Below, one piece after another: positions 10,031 through 20,705 of a DNA stretch of 64,000 bases. The position numbers were made by a program, and so were the translations under genes. Origin of the DNA: Promethearchaeota archaeon (GTDB lineage Archaea > Asgardarchaeota > Lokiarchaeia > Sigyniarchaeales > SOKP01); NCBI GenBank assembly GCA_016840085.1, contig JAEOTA010000054.1, forward strand, positions 64,001 to 128,000, in the 5' to 3' direction. The notes below the pieces were generated by a model that was not told the DNA's origin, searched no databases, and was given only the letters and a program-made list of their open reading frames with translations. Numbering within the stretch: position 1 is the first letter of the stretch; every line of letters starts with the position of its first letter.

Positions 10031-12907
10031 ATAGAAACAAAATCTACTGAAAAAGTAAAAATTAAACTTAGTGGTATGACATGTGCAAATTGTGCATACA
10101 AAATTGAGACAAAACTAAAAGGATTAGACGGAGTTAATAATTCAGTTGTCAATTTTGCTAATGAGGAAGCAACCGTTGAATTCAATCCCACTCTTGTAAA
10201 TTACGGTGATTTCAATAAAGCTATTCACGACTTAGGATATAAAGCTACTTTAGCTAAGATTGATCTTAAGATAATTAATCAGCTTACAGAAGAAGAATTC
10301 AATAACGTGGTTAATAAAGTAAGAGAAATAAAAGGAATTTATGGTGTTAGAGGAAATTTTAATGTAAATAAGCTATTTATTGAATTTAATGAATTGGAGT
10401 TAGATGAAAACAATGTATTTTCGCATGTTAAAAGCTTAGGTTATAAGATAGAAAAAACAGCTGGTGCAATGGATAAAGAAATTGAAAAGCATAAAAAAGA
10501 AATGAGATATCGACTTCGGATTCTAAGTATTTCTTTGATTTTTACCTTTATTATTACACCAATTAGTTGGTTTATAGAAGAATCATTTACAAGAAATCTA
10601 ATATTATTCTTTTTCGCTATTGGCAATTATACTATTGCAGGGTCTTTCTTTCTTATAGGTGCTTATAAATCTTTAAAAAATAAATCAACGAATATGGATG
10701 TTTTAGTTGCATTAGGTACGACAACAGCTTTGGTCTATTCGATTTTAACAACGTTTCTTATAGAAGGCAAGACGTTTTATGAAGCAATGAGTATGATTTT
10801 ATCATTCTTACTTGTCGGTAAGTATTTTGAACATAAAACGAAGGGTCAAACCTCTGAAGCAATTAAAAAGTTAATAGGTTTACAACCCAAAACAGCAACC
10901 CTGTTAAAAGATAATTATGAAATCGAGATTCCCATTGAAGAAATCGAAGTAGGTGATATTTTAGTAGTGAGACCTGGTGAAAAAATCCCCGTTGATGGAA
11001 AAGTGGTTAAAGGAAAGACAAAGGTTGATGAATCTATGATTACAGGTGAAAGTAAATATATAAAGAAAGAAGTAAATTCTGAAGTAATTGGTGCTACTGT
11101 CAACCAAACTGGATTAATTCAAATTATAACTGAAAAAGTAGGAAAAGACACTCTTTTATTCCAAATCATCGATTTTGTTAAAGAAGCTCAAAGTAAAAAG
11201 GCAGCAAAGCAAAAGTTAGCTGATAAAGTTAGTAATTATTTTGTTCCAGTTGTAGTGTTAATTGCAATGGGTGCATTTCTTTATTGGTATTTTTTTGCTC
11301 AAATTGGATTAGAATTATCATTATTAGTTTTTACTTCTATAGTTGTTATATCATGTCCATGTGCACTAGGTTTAGCTATTCCTACGGCCGTAATTGTCGG
11401 AACTGGTAAAGGTGCTGAAAATGGAATTTTATTAAAGGGAGGAGATTCTCTAGAAGCCATAAATACAATTAATGCCATAGTTTTTGATAAAACAGGAACA
11501 TTAACGGTTGGAAAACCTAAAGTATCTGTAATATTTACTGAAAAGGATTTAAAAGGCGAGGGATATGATGAGAAGGACCTTTTATTTTTTGCTGGGAGTG
11601 CTGAAATGGGATCTGAACATCCTCTAGCACAAGCAATAATAGAAGCGTCTAATCAAAAAGGCTTAACTCTTGAAACACCAATAGATTTTGATGCAATACC
11701 CGGAGAAGGCATCATTACTACTATTAGGAACAAAAGTGTGTTGATTGGTAATGAAAAACTGATAATTGAGAATAACTTCTCTTTTGAACCTTATAAAGAA
11801 AAGTATAATGAATTCCAGGAACAGGGAATAACCACGATATTAATTAGTATCGATAAAGATGTACGAGGAATTATTGGAATATCCGATAAAATTAAAGATC
11901 AAGCACCTTATGCTTTAGATAAATTACGAGAAAAAGGATTAGAACTTTATATGATTACTGGAGATAATAAACAAACTGCCTTAAGTATAGGAAAGCAATT
12001 AAAAATTAATGAGGACCATATTTTAGCAGAAGTTTTACCTAACGAAAAAGCGACTAAAATACAGGAATTACAGCAATTAGATGATCACAAAATAGTTGCC
12101 ATGGTAGGAGATGGTATTAACGACGCTCCGGCATTAGCACAAGCGGATGTTGGAATTGCTATAGGTTCTGGAACTGATATTGCTATAGAAACTGCTGATA
12201 TAGTCTTAATGAGAGGAGACCTAAGAAACGTTGTATCAGCAATCAATTTATCTAAAAAGACATATAGAAAAATGATTACAAATTTAATCTGGGCTTTTAT
12301 TTATAATCTTATTGGCATTCCTATTGCAGCTGGTATTTTATATTATGCTACAGGATTTTTCTTACCACCTTATTTAGCTGCGGTCTTTATGGCTTCCAGC
12401 TCAGTTTCAGTTGTAACAAATGCATTGTTTTTGAAAAGATTTGAACCTAAAACACCTCAACAATTAGAAGAAGAACGGTTATTGATCTCTCAAGAAAAAG
12501 TTATTGATCCTGTATGTGGTATGCAAATCGAACCTAGGCGTGCTATTGAATATGAATATAAAGATAAGATTTATCATTTTTGTAATCCAAACTGTGAAGC
12601 TCATTTCAAACGTGATCCTGAGAGATTTAAAAACTATGGTGCTATGGATCCGAAATTAATGCAAATGAAAAGCTCTAATAATAAAGAGATAAAAGAAATT
12701 GTAAATGAAAATAATCTAAAAAAAGAGGATGATAAAAAAATGGGAAAATTAAAATGTAAAGAATGTGGATTTGAACAAGAAATCCCAATGCATTGTGGAC
12801 AACCAATGCATAAAGAAGGAAATCAGTTAGTCTGTTGGATGGGTGCATCTTGTGGAGCGCAACCAATTCCAGAACATCATAGTAAACCAATGGAAGTAGT
12901 TAAATAA
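10031..12907 (+). CDS. copA: Cu(I)-translocating P1B-type ATPase with two N-terminal HMA-like domains, a C-terminal YHS domain and an extra Cys/His-rich tail
   Basis: [37 protein letters not shown] and MASSS motifs; DPVCGM..FC..NC (YHS). Start extended from 10076 to ATA 10031 (see findings). Confidence 0.93.
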   Translation: METKSTEKVKIKLSGMTCANCAYKIETKLKGLDGVNNSVVNFANEEATVEFNPTLVNYGDFNKAIHDLGYKATLAKIDLKIINQLTEEEFNNVVNKVREIKGIYGVRGNFNVNKLFIEFNELELDENNVFSHVKSLGYKIEKTAGAMDKEIEKHKKEMRYRLRILSISLIFTFIITPISWFIEESFTRNLILFFFAIGNYTIAGSFFLIGAYKSLKNKSTNMDVLVALGTTTALVYSILTTFLIEGKTFYEAMSMILSFLLVGKYFEHKTKGQTSEAIKKLIGLQPKTATLLKDNYEIEIPIEEIEVGDILVVRPGEKIPVDGKVVKGKTKVDESMITGESKYIKKEVNSEVIGATVNQTGLIQIITEKVGKDTLLFQIIDFVKEAQSKKAAKQKLADKVSNYFVPVVVLIAMGAFLYWYFFAQIGLELSLLVFTSIVVISCPCALGLAIPTAVIVGTGKGAENGILLKGGDSLEAINTINAIVFDKTGTLTVGKPKVSVIFTEKDLKGEGYDEKDLLFFAGSAEMGSEHPLAQAIIEASNQKGLTLETPIDFDAIPGEGIITTIRNKSVLIGNEKLIIENNFSFEPYKEKYNEFQEQGITTILISIDKDVRGIIGISDKIKDQAPYALDKLREKGLELYMITGDNKQTALSIGKQLKINEDHILAEVLPNEKATKIQELQQLDDHKIVAMVGDGINDAPALAQADVGIAIGSGTDIAIETADIVLMRGDLRNVVSAINLSKKTYRKMITNLIWAFIYNLIGIPIAAGILYYATGFFLPPYLAAVFMASSSVSVVTNALFLKRFEPKTPQQLEEERLLISQEKVIDPVCGMQIEPRRAIEYEYKDKIYHFCNPNCEAHFKRDPERFKNYGAMDPKLMQMKSSNNKEIKEIVNENNLKKEDDKKMGKLKCKECGFEQEIPMHCGQPMHKEGNQLVCWMGASCGAQPIPEHHSKPMEVVK

Positions 12908-12935
12908 AAAATTTTGAAAGGAGGTGGATAAAAAT

Positions 12936-13109
12936 ATGGGATTGTACAAGTGTAGTGGATGTGGCAAGGTAATAGATACATTGCCGAAATGTTGCGGAGA
13001 AGATATGATCTATGATGAAGAAGAAAATCAATTTGAATGTTATATGGGACCAAAATGTGGATATCTTCCATTGAATAATCTTAAATGCGAAGATTGTTGT
13101 AATGATTAA
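12936..13109 (+). CDS. Small Cys-rich metal-binding protein (57 aa), paralog of the CopA C-terminal tail
   Basis: MGLYKCSGCG..PKCCGEDM..FECYMGPKCG..CEDCC (9 Cys); GGAGGTGG SD before ATG 12936. Confidence 0.75.
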   Translation: MGLYKCSGCGKVIDTLPKCCGEDMIYDEEENQFECYMGPKCGYLPLNNLKCEDCCND

Positions 13110-13208
13110 TCAATAATAAATACAATTTTTTCTTTTAAATTTTTAGCATTAAAAAAAGGCTTTTAAAATTTTTTTCTATGAATAGTGTAAAGAATTAATA
13201 TAATCTTT

Positions 13209-14510
13209 TTATTCATTAATAGGATTATTTTTGTCTTTCAGTTTCAACCAGATTTCTAGAAACACAAACATTAATAATCCGATAAAGCAAAGCAGAGCGC
13301 CAATGAGAAATGCCACTTGATATGCAAAAATTTCACTTTTTCCTTGGTTTATGAGAGCATCTATCAGTGGACCACTGATCAAAGTGCTGGCAGACCCCCA
13401 ACTCAAGAAAAAAGTAGTGTTATATACAGCGAATAATTTTGCGCGAATTCTTGCTGGAATCAGATTTGAAGCTATCGCATAGGAAGATGCATATATTATT
13501 ACTTCTGCTGCCCCTATTAAGAAACCCCCTACAAAAATGAGCTCTAAATGAATGGTAGTGGCTGTAATTATTAAAGCAATAATTCCTATAGAAGTTCCAA
13601 GTATTAATGATCGAGAATGACCAAATTTTTTACTTAAAAATCCTGCTATAAATCCAATTATTACTACTGCTACTGAACGCATATTTGCTATAAAACTTAA
13701 CATTATACTATTTACATTAAAACCCGAATCCAAAGAGAGGTATTGAGAGTATGGAACTGCGATTGAATTTCTTCCAAAATTAATAAAAATCAATGAAATT
13801 ATGAATACAATAAAGATGACTATATTTTTTTGATTATTTTTATTGTTTAATTCAACTAGATTTTTCTCCTCTTTTTCTTCTAAATTAATACCTCCTTCTG
13901 GACAGAATAACATAGGTAAAGTAGATATAAACATAACAAACGATGCAACAAAAAACAATGACCCGTTTCTAAATCCCAACCCTTGATCATACAAAAATCC
14001 TCCTATGAATATTCCAATAATACGCCCCAATCCTCCTATACTATTAAGCTCACCCATAATTTTTGTGCGTTTTTCATAAGGATATAAATCAGTAACCAAT
14101 GCGCTCCAACCAATATTAGACATTGACCAAAACATTTCTACACAACTAAGACCAATTATAATTACATATCCCGCAAGGTATAGGTTACTAAATGAATAAT
14201 GTATTAGCCAAATACTAAGTGTGCCAATCCCCGCAAGAATCTCACCTAAAATTATTAAAGTACGGCGGAGTTGAAATTTATCACTAATAGGCCCCCATAC
14301 AAAGTTCTGAAATATAACACTCATTATCATAGGAAGCGTAGCGTATAGAGTGGTTTCCCATACTGACATATTTAAAAATTCTTTTAAATAAATTGATAAA
14401 AAAGTGTAAAATAAACCCCTTCTAAACATTGCTAACATTTGAAAAGAAGATAATCCAATAAAAATGTTAGAAGATGATTTGGATGCTGTTTTCGTCAACA
14501 AATCTCTCAA
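13209..14510 (-). CDS. MFS transporter
   Basis: About 12 TM segments; WGPISDKFQLRR and GFLSKKFGHSR motif-A-like loops. Confidence 0.88.
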   Translation of the reverse strand: MRDLLTKTASKSSSNIFIGLSSFQMLAMFRRGLFYTFLSIYLKEFLNMSVWETTLYATLPMIMSVIFQNFVWGPISDKFQLRRTLIILGEILAGIGTLSIWLIHYSFSNLYLAGYVIIIGLSCVEMFWSMSNIGWSALVTDLYPYEKRTKIMGELNSIGGLGRIIGIFIGGFLYDQGLGFRNGSLFFVASFVMFISTLPMLFCPEGGINLEEKEEKNLVELNNKNNQKNIVIFIVFIISLIFINFGRNSIAVPYSQYLSLDSGFNVNSIMLSFIANMRSVAVVIIGFIAGFLSKKFGHSRSLILGTSIGIIALIITATTIHLELIFVGGFLIGAAEVIIYASSYAIASNLIPARIRAKLFAVYNTTFFLSWGSASTLISGPLIDALINQGKSEIFAYQVAFLIGALLCFIGLLMFVFLEIWLKLKDKNNPINE

Positions 14511-14652
14511 TAATTAATCTTTATCTTTTTTAAATAACCAAAAGAAAAAAATTTTATTTATTCTGATTTTGACATACAATTTTAAAAAATAGTTGAATTA
14601 AAAAAAAGTTTGAATTTTTTGATACTAACAGTTTAGAATTATTTTATTCGTT

Positions 14653-17031
14653 TTATGTCTGTTTTTTCTCAAAATTTTTAATAATCGAATCTAGTAGATT
14701 TCTTATCTTAATGTTATTTGGGATAAGTTCCAATTGTTCTGTATATAATGGATAATTTTTATGTAAAATATTTAATAACTCAAGCCAAGACTTCTGATTT
14801 TCCGTTTGATTCGGAATGTCTTTTTTTAATTGAAAAATAATCCTCTTTTCTTTCTTAGATTTTATAGCTCTTAGGAAATTTTTGGCAACTAAAATTCTAA
14901 AAGCAAAATATTCTTCAGGTCTAAAATGAGCTAATGAATAATTCATACTATCATCTGAAAACGGCAAAATTTTAATCCTTTTATCCTCAGGTTCCTCGGG
15001 ATTTTCAATTAACGTAAATTCTAAGTCTCTTTTACTAATTTCGTCTAAAATAAAATATAATTCTCCTAAAGGTATTTTAGTACTGCGTTCTAGCTGATTG
15101 ATAATTTTTGAAACGGGGATATAAAACTCAGGATTTCTATCAGGAGTTTCTATTCTATACATATATTCTTTTTTTACATTTTCTATAATTTGATTTTTTA
15201 GATCTTCTGATAATATTGCTTTAAAAGTCTCAGTTACATGAGCTTCCTCTTTAATTTTTTCAACTTTTTTTTCATCAATATGCTTTTTTCTATAATTTGT
15301 TGTAAGGGATTCAATAAATCTATCTGAAGCTTTATCTGATTCAGCTTTAGTTTTTAATCTACTTACCCCACTCGCTGTTGCAGTAGCTGTTTTGAATAAT
15401 CTTTCTTGTAAATATTTCTTTGCTTTTTGTTCTGCTACTTCTTTTTTCTCAAATCGTTCCGTGACGGAAGTAAAATCGATGAATTTTGTCGATTTACCTA
15501 ATTCATCTCTCCTTTGTGTTATAAGAATATCCATATCTTTTTCAGCTAATTGCCTTATCATAGAATAGACATTTGCTTTTGATAACTGAGTCGCTTTAAT
15601 CAATTCACGCTCAAGAATCTCAATTGGAAATGCTTCTCCTCTTCTTATATATTCACTTCTAATAATTATATAGATTTTTTCCATACTTTTCTCTTCTTCG
15701 TTGACAGTTTCTTTTTGCATCCTCATAAACATCGAAGTTTCATGAGGTTTGAGATAATAAACTAATATTGTCAAACCTAAGAAACAAATAATTAAAACAG
15801 ATATGATATATTTATCAAATGATAATATTTCTCCTACAAAAGTTAGAGTTTGATTAGGGATTTCAGCGATATTAATATATCGAGTAAAAGTTTGAGCAAG
15901 TACACTAGCTAAAAGAAATAAAATTAATCCATCTTTTTTAAAGATCAATATTTGCCAACCTAATGATTGTCCTGTTTTTTTAACTATACGATATAAGAAA
16001 AACATAGAAATTAAAAATTCAAAAAGAAATATGAATGAAAATATTGACTCTGTTGCCCCAACTGTTGCTTTGAAAGATGTTATGGTTTCTGGACGCATAA
16101 CAAGAAAGATTGTCATTTGTAATATTTGAAAGAAAAATATAAAGAATACGATTAGTGAGAAAGTAAAATTATCGAAAGAACCAGCTCTTTTTGTTTCAGC
16201 TCGTCTTCTGGTAAAAACTATTTCAAAAATAATAAATAAAAGAGTTGCTACCAAACTCAAATAAATTAAAGGCATAACAAGGCGCATTTCTGTTTCATAT
16301 ACTTTTACAGCATTTTCAGGGTCAAAATGGCTAAAAAAATCTAGAGATAAAAATACTAAGAAGCTCCTGTAAAATAATGAAATTATAACTAGAATACCTA
16401 AAATAACAAAAGGGGTAATTAATACCCCTGCATATCTAGGAATAGAATATTTTTTAATGAATCTGGCTTCTATTTTAGTAGAAAATTTACGCGAATAAAC
16501 ATAAAACCTACTACTTAAAAGGAATAGCCATATCATTGCTAATAACAATAAATAGGATGTAAAATTAATACTCGTACCTATATATAAAAACATGAAGTAG
16601 AGACTAACTATTAATCCAACATATAAGATAAATTGCTTGATTGCAGATTTTTCTTCAAAAATAAAAAGCCTTACTTTATCAATACTAAATATCACTGATA
16701 AAATTAAGAAAAAAGCTATAATTGTGTTTGAAAACGCAAAAGGATTTCCAAACATCAAGATTGCGGTTAATGGATTTCTTGAAATATTAATTTCTAAAAT
16801 TAACAGGAATGCATATAAAATAAAAATACCATATAAACCAATAAATTTCTTTTTAAATGAGTAAAATTTAGGCTCTTGCCCTTCAAGGTACACTTCTTGA
16901 TGAACTATTTTATCATAAACATATTTCAACTTTTTTTTTACATTTGAGAAAAATCCGCCTATTTTTGTATTTAGTCTCGAAAAAAAGCTGATTTTCCTAT
17001 GTTTAATCTCTGGCGATTCCTTTTTAGACAT
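14653..17031 (-). CDS. Large polytopic membrane protein with a ~360-aa cytoplasmic C-terminal region
   Basis: About 10 hydrophobic segments in residues ~60-430, then a charged tail with two similar helical segments (..EY.R...P...L...T.....Y.....KD). Confidence 0.75.
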   Translation of the reverse strand: MSKKESPEIKHRKISFFSRLNTKIGGFFSNVKKKLKYVYDKIVHQEVYLEGQEPKFYSFKKKFIGLYGIFILYAFLLILEINISRNPLTAILMFGNPFAFSNTIIAFFLILSVIFSIDKVRLFIFEEKSAIKQFILYVGLIVSLYFMFLYIGTSINFTSYLLLLAMIWLFLLSSRFYVYSRKFSTKIEARFIKKYSIPRYAGVLITPFVILGILVIISLFYRSFLVFLSLDFFSHFDPENAVKVYETEMRLVMPLIYLSLVATLLFIIFEIVFTRRRAETKRAGSFDNFTFSLIVFFIFFFQILQMTIFLVMRPETITSFKATVGATESIFSFIFLFEFLISMFFLYRIVKKTGQSLGWQILIFKKDGLILFLLASVLAQTFTRYINIAEIPNQTLTFVGEILSFDKYIISVLIICFLGLTILVYYLKPHETSMFMRMQKETVNEEEKSMEKIYIIIRSEYIRRGEAFPIEILERELIKATQLSKANVYSMIRQLAEKDMDILITQRRDELGKSTKFIDFTSVTERFEKKEVAEQKAKKYLQERLFKTATATASGVSRLKTKAESDKASDRFIESLTTNYRKKHIDEKKVEKIKEEAHVTETFKAILSEDLKNQIIENVKKEYMYRIETPDRNPEFYIPVSKIINQLERSTKIPLGELYFILDEISKRDLEFTLIENPEEPEDKRIKILPFSDDSMNYSLAHFRPEEYFAFRILVAKNFLRAIKSKKEKRIIFQLKKDIPNQTENQKSWLELLNILHKNYPLYTEQLELIPNNIKIRNLLDSIIKNFEKKQT

Positions 17032-17365
17032 TATTTGACAATAAAATTATTATAATTAAATGTTATAAATGAGAGTTTTTAAAATTTAAGAAAAAAAATT
17101 ATTATTACATATTATTCACTTAGAAAGCCACCCATCAAAAACTCTCTCTTCTTCTTGGTTTGAAATATCTTGTAAACACTGCTTCTGGGAATCCGTCTTA
17201 TAATAGAAACTATAACACTTGATGCAATTCCATCTTTTAAGAACTGGGTTCCACACTAATACGGTGAATCATTTAAATCGTAATGCTGCTGGAAAGCGTG
17301 AAGAGCTAGATTGCTTTAAAAGAACCCTGAATTCTGTTGTGGAATTTGGGTTTATGGACTCGCGG

Positions 17366-18757
17366 TTACATAGTAATTTCCTTAATTTTTTTAAGGATAA
17401 TTTCTGAGCATTCAAGAGCACTTTGTGCTGCAAGTTCTGTCCCAATGCCCCAACCACCCGCATCTCCACCCACCATGTATAGTCCTTCAATTGGTAAGGA
17501 TATTGAAGGTCGATTGATTCCTGCCTGTTCTGTTGTTTGAGAAATGCCAATAACCGAACCTTCTTTTCCCCACATTGTTTCGATATCATGTGGAGTAGTA
17601 ATATCGCACCATAGTAAATTATTGGATAAACCTGGAAAGACTTTTTCTAACGTGTTCATTGAATTCTCAATCCATTTCTCTTTATTTTTTTCAAAGATCT
17701 CTTTCGGTACAAATGTTCCAGCTGTCATCAGCTGACACCCTTCAGGAGCCATTGAGGAGTGATAATTCGAAGGTATGGGAATGAAGTAATCTATCTCGTC
17801 AGGTACTTTACCTTTTAAAATTGACTTAAATTTCTTTTCTGGGTCTTCTGAAGTAAACGATACAACGATTTTATATGGAGATAATGGCTTTTTAAGAGCA
17901 ATTTTTATGGTAAGAGCACTCACCGAGTACTTTAAATTGTCAATCTCTTTCAGAAAACTTTTATCAAAGTATTTTCTGCCAATTAAAGTATTGACAGTTT
18001 CTTTTATTCCGGCATTTGAGATAACAATATTCGAAGTAAAAAATTCACCACTATCTAGTTTCACGCCTTTTACTTCATCGTTTTCTATAACAATTTCTTC
18101 TACAGTAGTTCCTGTTTTAACTGACCCTCCATGTTTTCTAATTCCATCGGCATAAGCAGAAGGAATAGATATACACCCTCCTTTAGGATAACCTACACTC
18201 TGATGTTTATTAAGTGTAGTCAAACATCTGATAAACTCCCCGGTTGATACTGCGTGATATGGGATTACAAAATATAACCCACAAATAATATAAAAATATG
18301 AATGTATAAGGGTATTTGTTGTATATTGATTCAACCAAGACTTTACATTAATTGTGTCTAATTCATTTGTATTTTTTATCTTTGATGTTTCACTAATCAA
18401 TTTTAATAAACCCAGAAAATCTTCTTTCGGTAATAATTTTCTGAAATCTTCTGGAAATTGATAAAGCTTACTTTCAAGGTGCCAGCGTGCTTCATCACTT
18501 CCTATTATACTCCAATCAATGGTATTTTGCATTCCAATCTTATTTAAAACTTCACCAAGAGGCCCGTGTTGGCATCTAGCAAATGAATGCACACCAAGAT
18601 CGACTTTAAAGCCTTCCTTCTCATAAGTACTACACCGCCCTCCTATAAATTTATTTTTTTCAACAAGTAATGTTTTTAATTGATTTGAGGCTAAAAGAGC
18701 TCCAATTGCTGTGCCTCCAATACCACCACCAATAACAACTATATCATAATCGGTCAT
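17366..18757 (-). CDS. FAD-dependent oxidoreductase, phytoene desaturase-like family
   Basis: DIVVIGGGIGG, EKNKFIGGRC, YPKGG, ITTPHD, IEGLYMVG, G.GTELAAQS. Confidence 0.88.
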   Translation of the reverse strand: MTDYDIVVIGGGIGGTAIGALLASNQLKTLLVEKNKFIGGRCSTYEKEGFKVDLGVHSFARCQHGPLGEVLNKIGMQNTIDWSIIGSDEARWHLESKLYQFPEDFRKLLPKEDFLGLLKLISETSKIKNTNELDTINVKSWLNQYTTNTLIHSYFYIICGLYFVIPYHAVSTGEFIRCLTTLNKHQSVGYPKGGCISIPSAYADGIRKHGGSVKTGTTVEEIVIENDEVKGVKLDSGEFFTSNIVISNAGIKETVNTLIGRKYFDKSFLKEIDNLKYSVSALTIKIALKKPLSPYKIVVSFTSEDPEKKFKSILKGKVPDEIDYFIPIPSNYHSSMAPEGCQLMTAGTFVPKEIFEKNKEKWIENSMNTLEKVFPGLSNNLLWCDITTPHDIETMWGKEGSVIGISQTTEQAGINRPSISLPIEGLYMVGGDAGGWGIGTELAAQSALECSEIILKKIKEITM

Positions 18758-19022
18758 TTTTAAGACACTATGCCCTCTTTTTTATTAAAAATTATATAAA
18801 ATTTTAATCAATCGATAATATGAATGCTTTTTATATAAATCTTATAAAAATGAATAAAAAAACATCCTAATGTTTATTGGATTCTCTCAGATTTTCTCAT
18901 ACTATGTTTTTTTAATTTAAACCTAATTATAGTATTATCATAGAAATCGATTAGATAAATTATGGTTGAAAGTTTTAAAAGGAATCTTTAAATATTTTTA
19001 AATATAACACAAATTTTTTATT

Positions 19023-19307
19023 TTGAGAATGGAAAAAAAACAATTACAAAATAGAGAAACATTAATCCACTTAGTTAAAAGAGCAATTGAATTACTCTGT
19101 GAAAAAAATATCTCAAGTATAGTTGTTCTCTCATCATATAAAATTAATTCGGTACTAAGAGAGTCCTTCGGGATCGATATAAAAGTAGATAAAATAGGTA
19201 GGGTTTTGAGCAAAATCGCTAAGTTAAATGAATTAAAAAGATTAAGTACAAATATTCCTAAATATAAATTACAAATCTCTAAAGTTTCAAGCTTAAAATT
19301 CTTTTAA
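19023..19307 (+). CDS. Small basic hypothetical protein, possible winged helix
   Basis: 94-aa ORF (ATG at 19029 also possible); SSYKIN...IGRVLSKIA..LKRL..PKY pattern. Confidence 0.6.
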   Translation: MRMEKKQLQNRETLIHLVKRAIELLCEKNISSIVVLSSYKINSVLRESFGIDIKVDKIGRVLSKIAKLNELKRLSTNIPKYKLQISKVSSLKFF

Positions 19308-19315
19308 AATAAATT

Positions 19316-20701
19316 TTAAGTTATATTACGGAAATCTGTAATAATTTTTTGAAGTTTTTCAAGTAAATTATTAATTTCTGTGTAAGCTTCTCTAAGTGGC
19401 TGTAGTTCTAAGCTTATTTTTTCAATTTTTTCATTAAAATTATTCTCAAGTGGTGAAATTGATTTTTTAAGTCCTTTCTCTAAATTTTGAATAATAGATT
19501 TTAGATCATTATCAGTTGAAGAGATAGATGATTCCAATTTATTAACTAATTCTTCCATATTCGAGTTTTGTAGGAGGTTATCTGTTATTTTGTCTGTGAT
19601 TGTTTTATTTAAATTATCCATATCAGTTTTAAGATATTTTATGTTATCATCAACATTATTAGTCAATTCACAAATAAGATTCTCCTTGGCTTGAGCTGTA
19701 TCGATTATTAATTGCTTTTGTATTTCAACTGGACCCTCTACATATTTTGAGACACCTCCTTTAAAATCGCCTACAATATTATCCATATTTCTGTTAAACC
19801 ATTCATCTGCTCTTAAAAAACCAGAAGATATCGATTCTTTTAATTTATTTACAGATTCTACCATTAATTCATTTCCGTTCGAAGAACCTTTATCTATATC
19901 ATTAATCCACTTACTAATTTGAGATTTCAATGAGTTCATAAGAATTTCAGAGAACTTTCCGAATCCGTTTTGAAAACTTGAAATTGCAGCTGATACTTCT
20001 GAGTATTTTTCTAATTCATCTCCTCCTAATAAACCTTTCTCAGCCACTGGAATTTCCTGAAGATCTTCTGTAATTACTTCTTTCATTTCCTTTATTTCTT
20101 TAATTAAAATAGGATTTCTTTTATGAAAATCTTCCATAAATTTTTGAACCCATTTAAAATATTCTAATGTCGCAGGTATCTCAACTTCATAAGCAACTTC
20201 ATGATACTTATCAGGAATTTTATAGTCATCTAACCTATAAATTTCAAATCCAAGATTTCCATCTTTACTCATTAAGGTATGATCGAATACTATTCCAAAA
20301 CCATATGGGGCTTTTTCATTTTGAAAGTATTGTAGATTTCTTTTATCGCTTTCGCTTAAATATAATCCCCATGAAGGATGCGAGTGGTAGTATCCTATAA
20401 TTTCTCCAGAATACTGCTTTCCCAAATTGGAAAACAATTCATAGTCTTCTCTGTCAAATCCTACTTCTACAGTACCACCGTGAGTTACAGGCACTGCATT
20501 TTCCATAATAACCTTATCTTCATTTGGATCATAATTACCAATACAAATTCCCATTACTTCTTTACTTTTTTCTATTGCTTTATGGCCAAATCGTAGGACA
20601 TGGCTTATCATGTTTCGAAGTGCTTCTTTTGTTATGAAAATTTTACCCTTTTCTGAAATTTTATGTTCATTAAGCGTATCATTTAAATCATTGTTTGACA
20701 T
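19316..20701 (-). CDS. JAMM/MPN+ metalloprotease-domain protein with long C-terminal coiled coil (MPN-A)
   Basis: KEVMGICIG, YYHSHPSWGLYLSESD, GFEIYRL; ~280-aa heptad-rich tail. Confidence 0.9.
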   Translation of the reverse strand: MSNNDLNDTLNEHKISEKGKIFITKEALRNMISHVLRFGHKAIEKSKEVMGICIGNYDPNEDKVIMENAVPVTHGGTVEVGFDREDYELFSNLGKQYSGEIIGYYHSHPSWGLYLSESDKRNLQYFQNEKAPYGFGIVFDHTLMSKDGNLGFEIYRLDDYKIPDKYHEVAYEVEIPATLEYFKWVQKFMEDFHKRNPILIKEIKEMKEVITEDLQEIPVAEKGLLGGDELEKYSEVSAAISSFQNGFGKFSEILMNSLKSQISKWINDIDKGSSNGNELMVESVNKLKESISSGFLRADEWFNRNMDNIVGDFKGGVSKYVEGPVEIQKQLIIDTAQAKENLICELTNNVDDNIKYLKTDMDNLNKTITDKITDNLLQNSNMEELVNKLESSISSTDNDLKSIIQNLEKGLKKSISPLENNFNEKIEKISLELQPLREAYTEINNLLEKLQKIITDFRNIT

Positions 20702-20705
20702 TTTC

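Noticed and set aside
17116-17589. Minus-strand ORF 17269-17589 ends in TGA and continues in frame as FTVLVWNPVLKRWNCIKCY...WLSK (stop at 17116); considered selenocysteine read-through
   Set aside because: The upstream part mostly overlaps the oxidoreductase in another frame and resembles no selenoprotein, and no SECIS was recognised. The downstream piece is more likely a gene remnant or a tiny GTG-started ORF.
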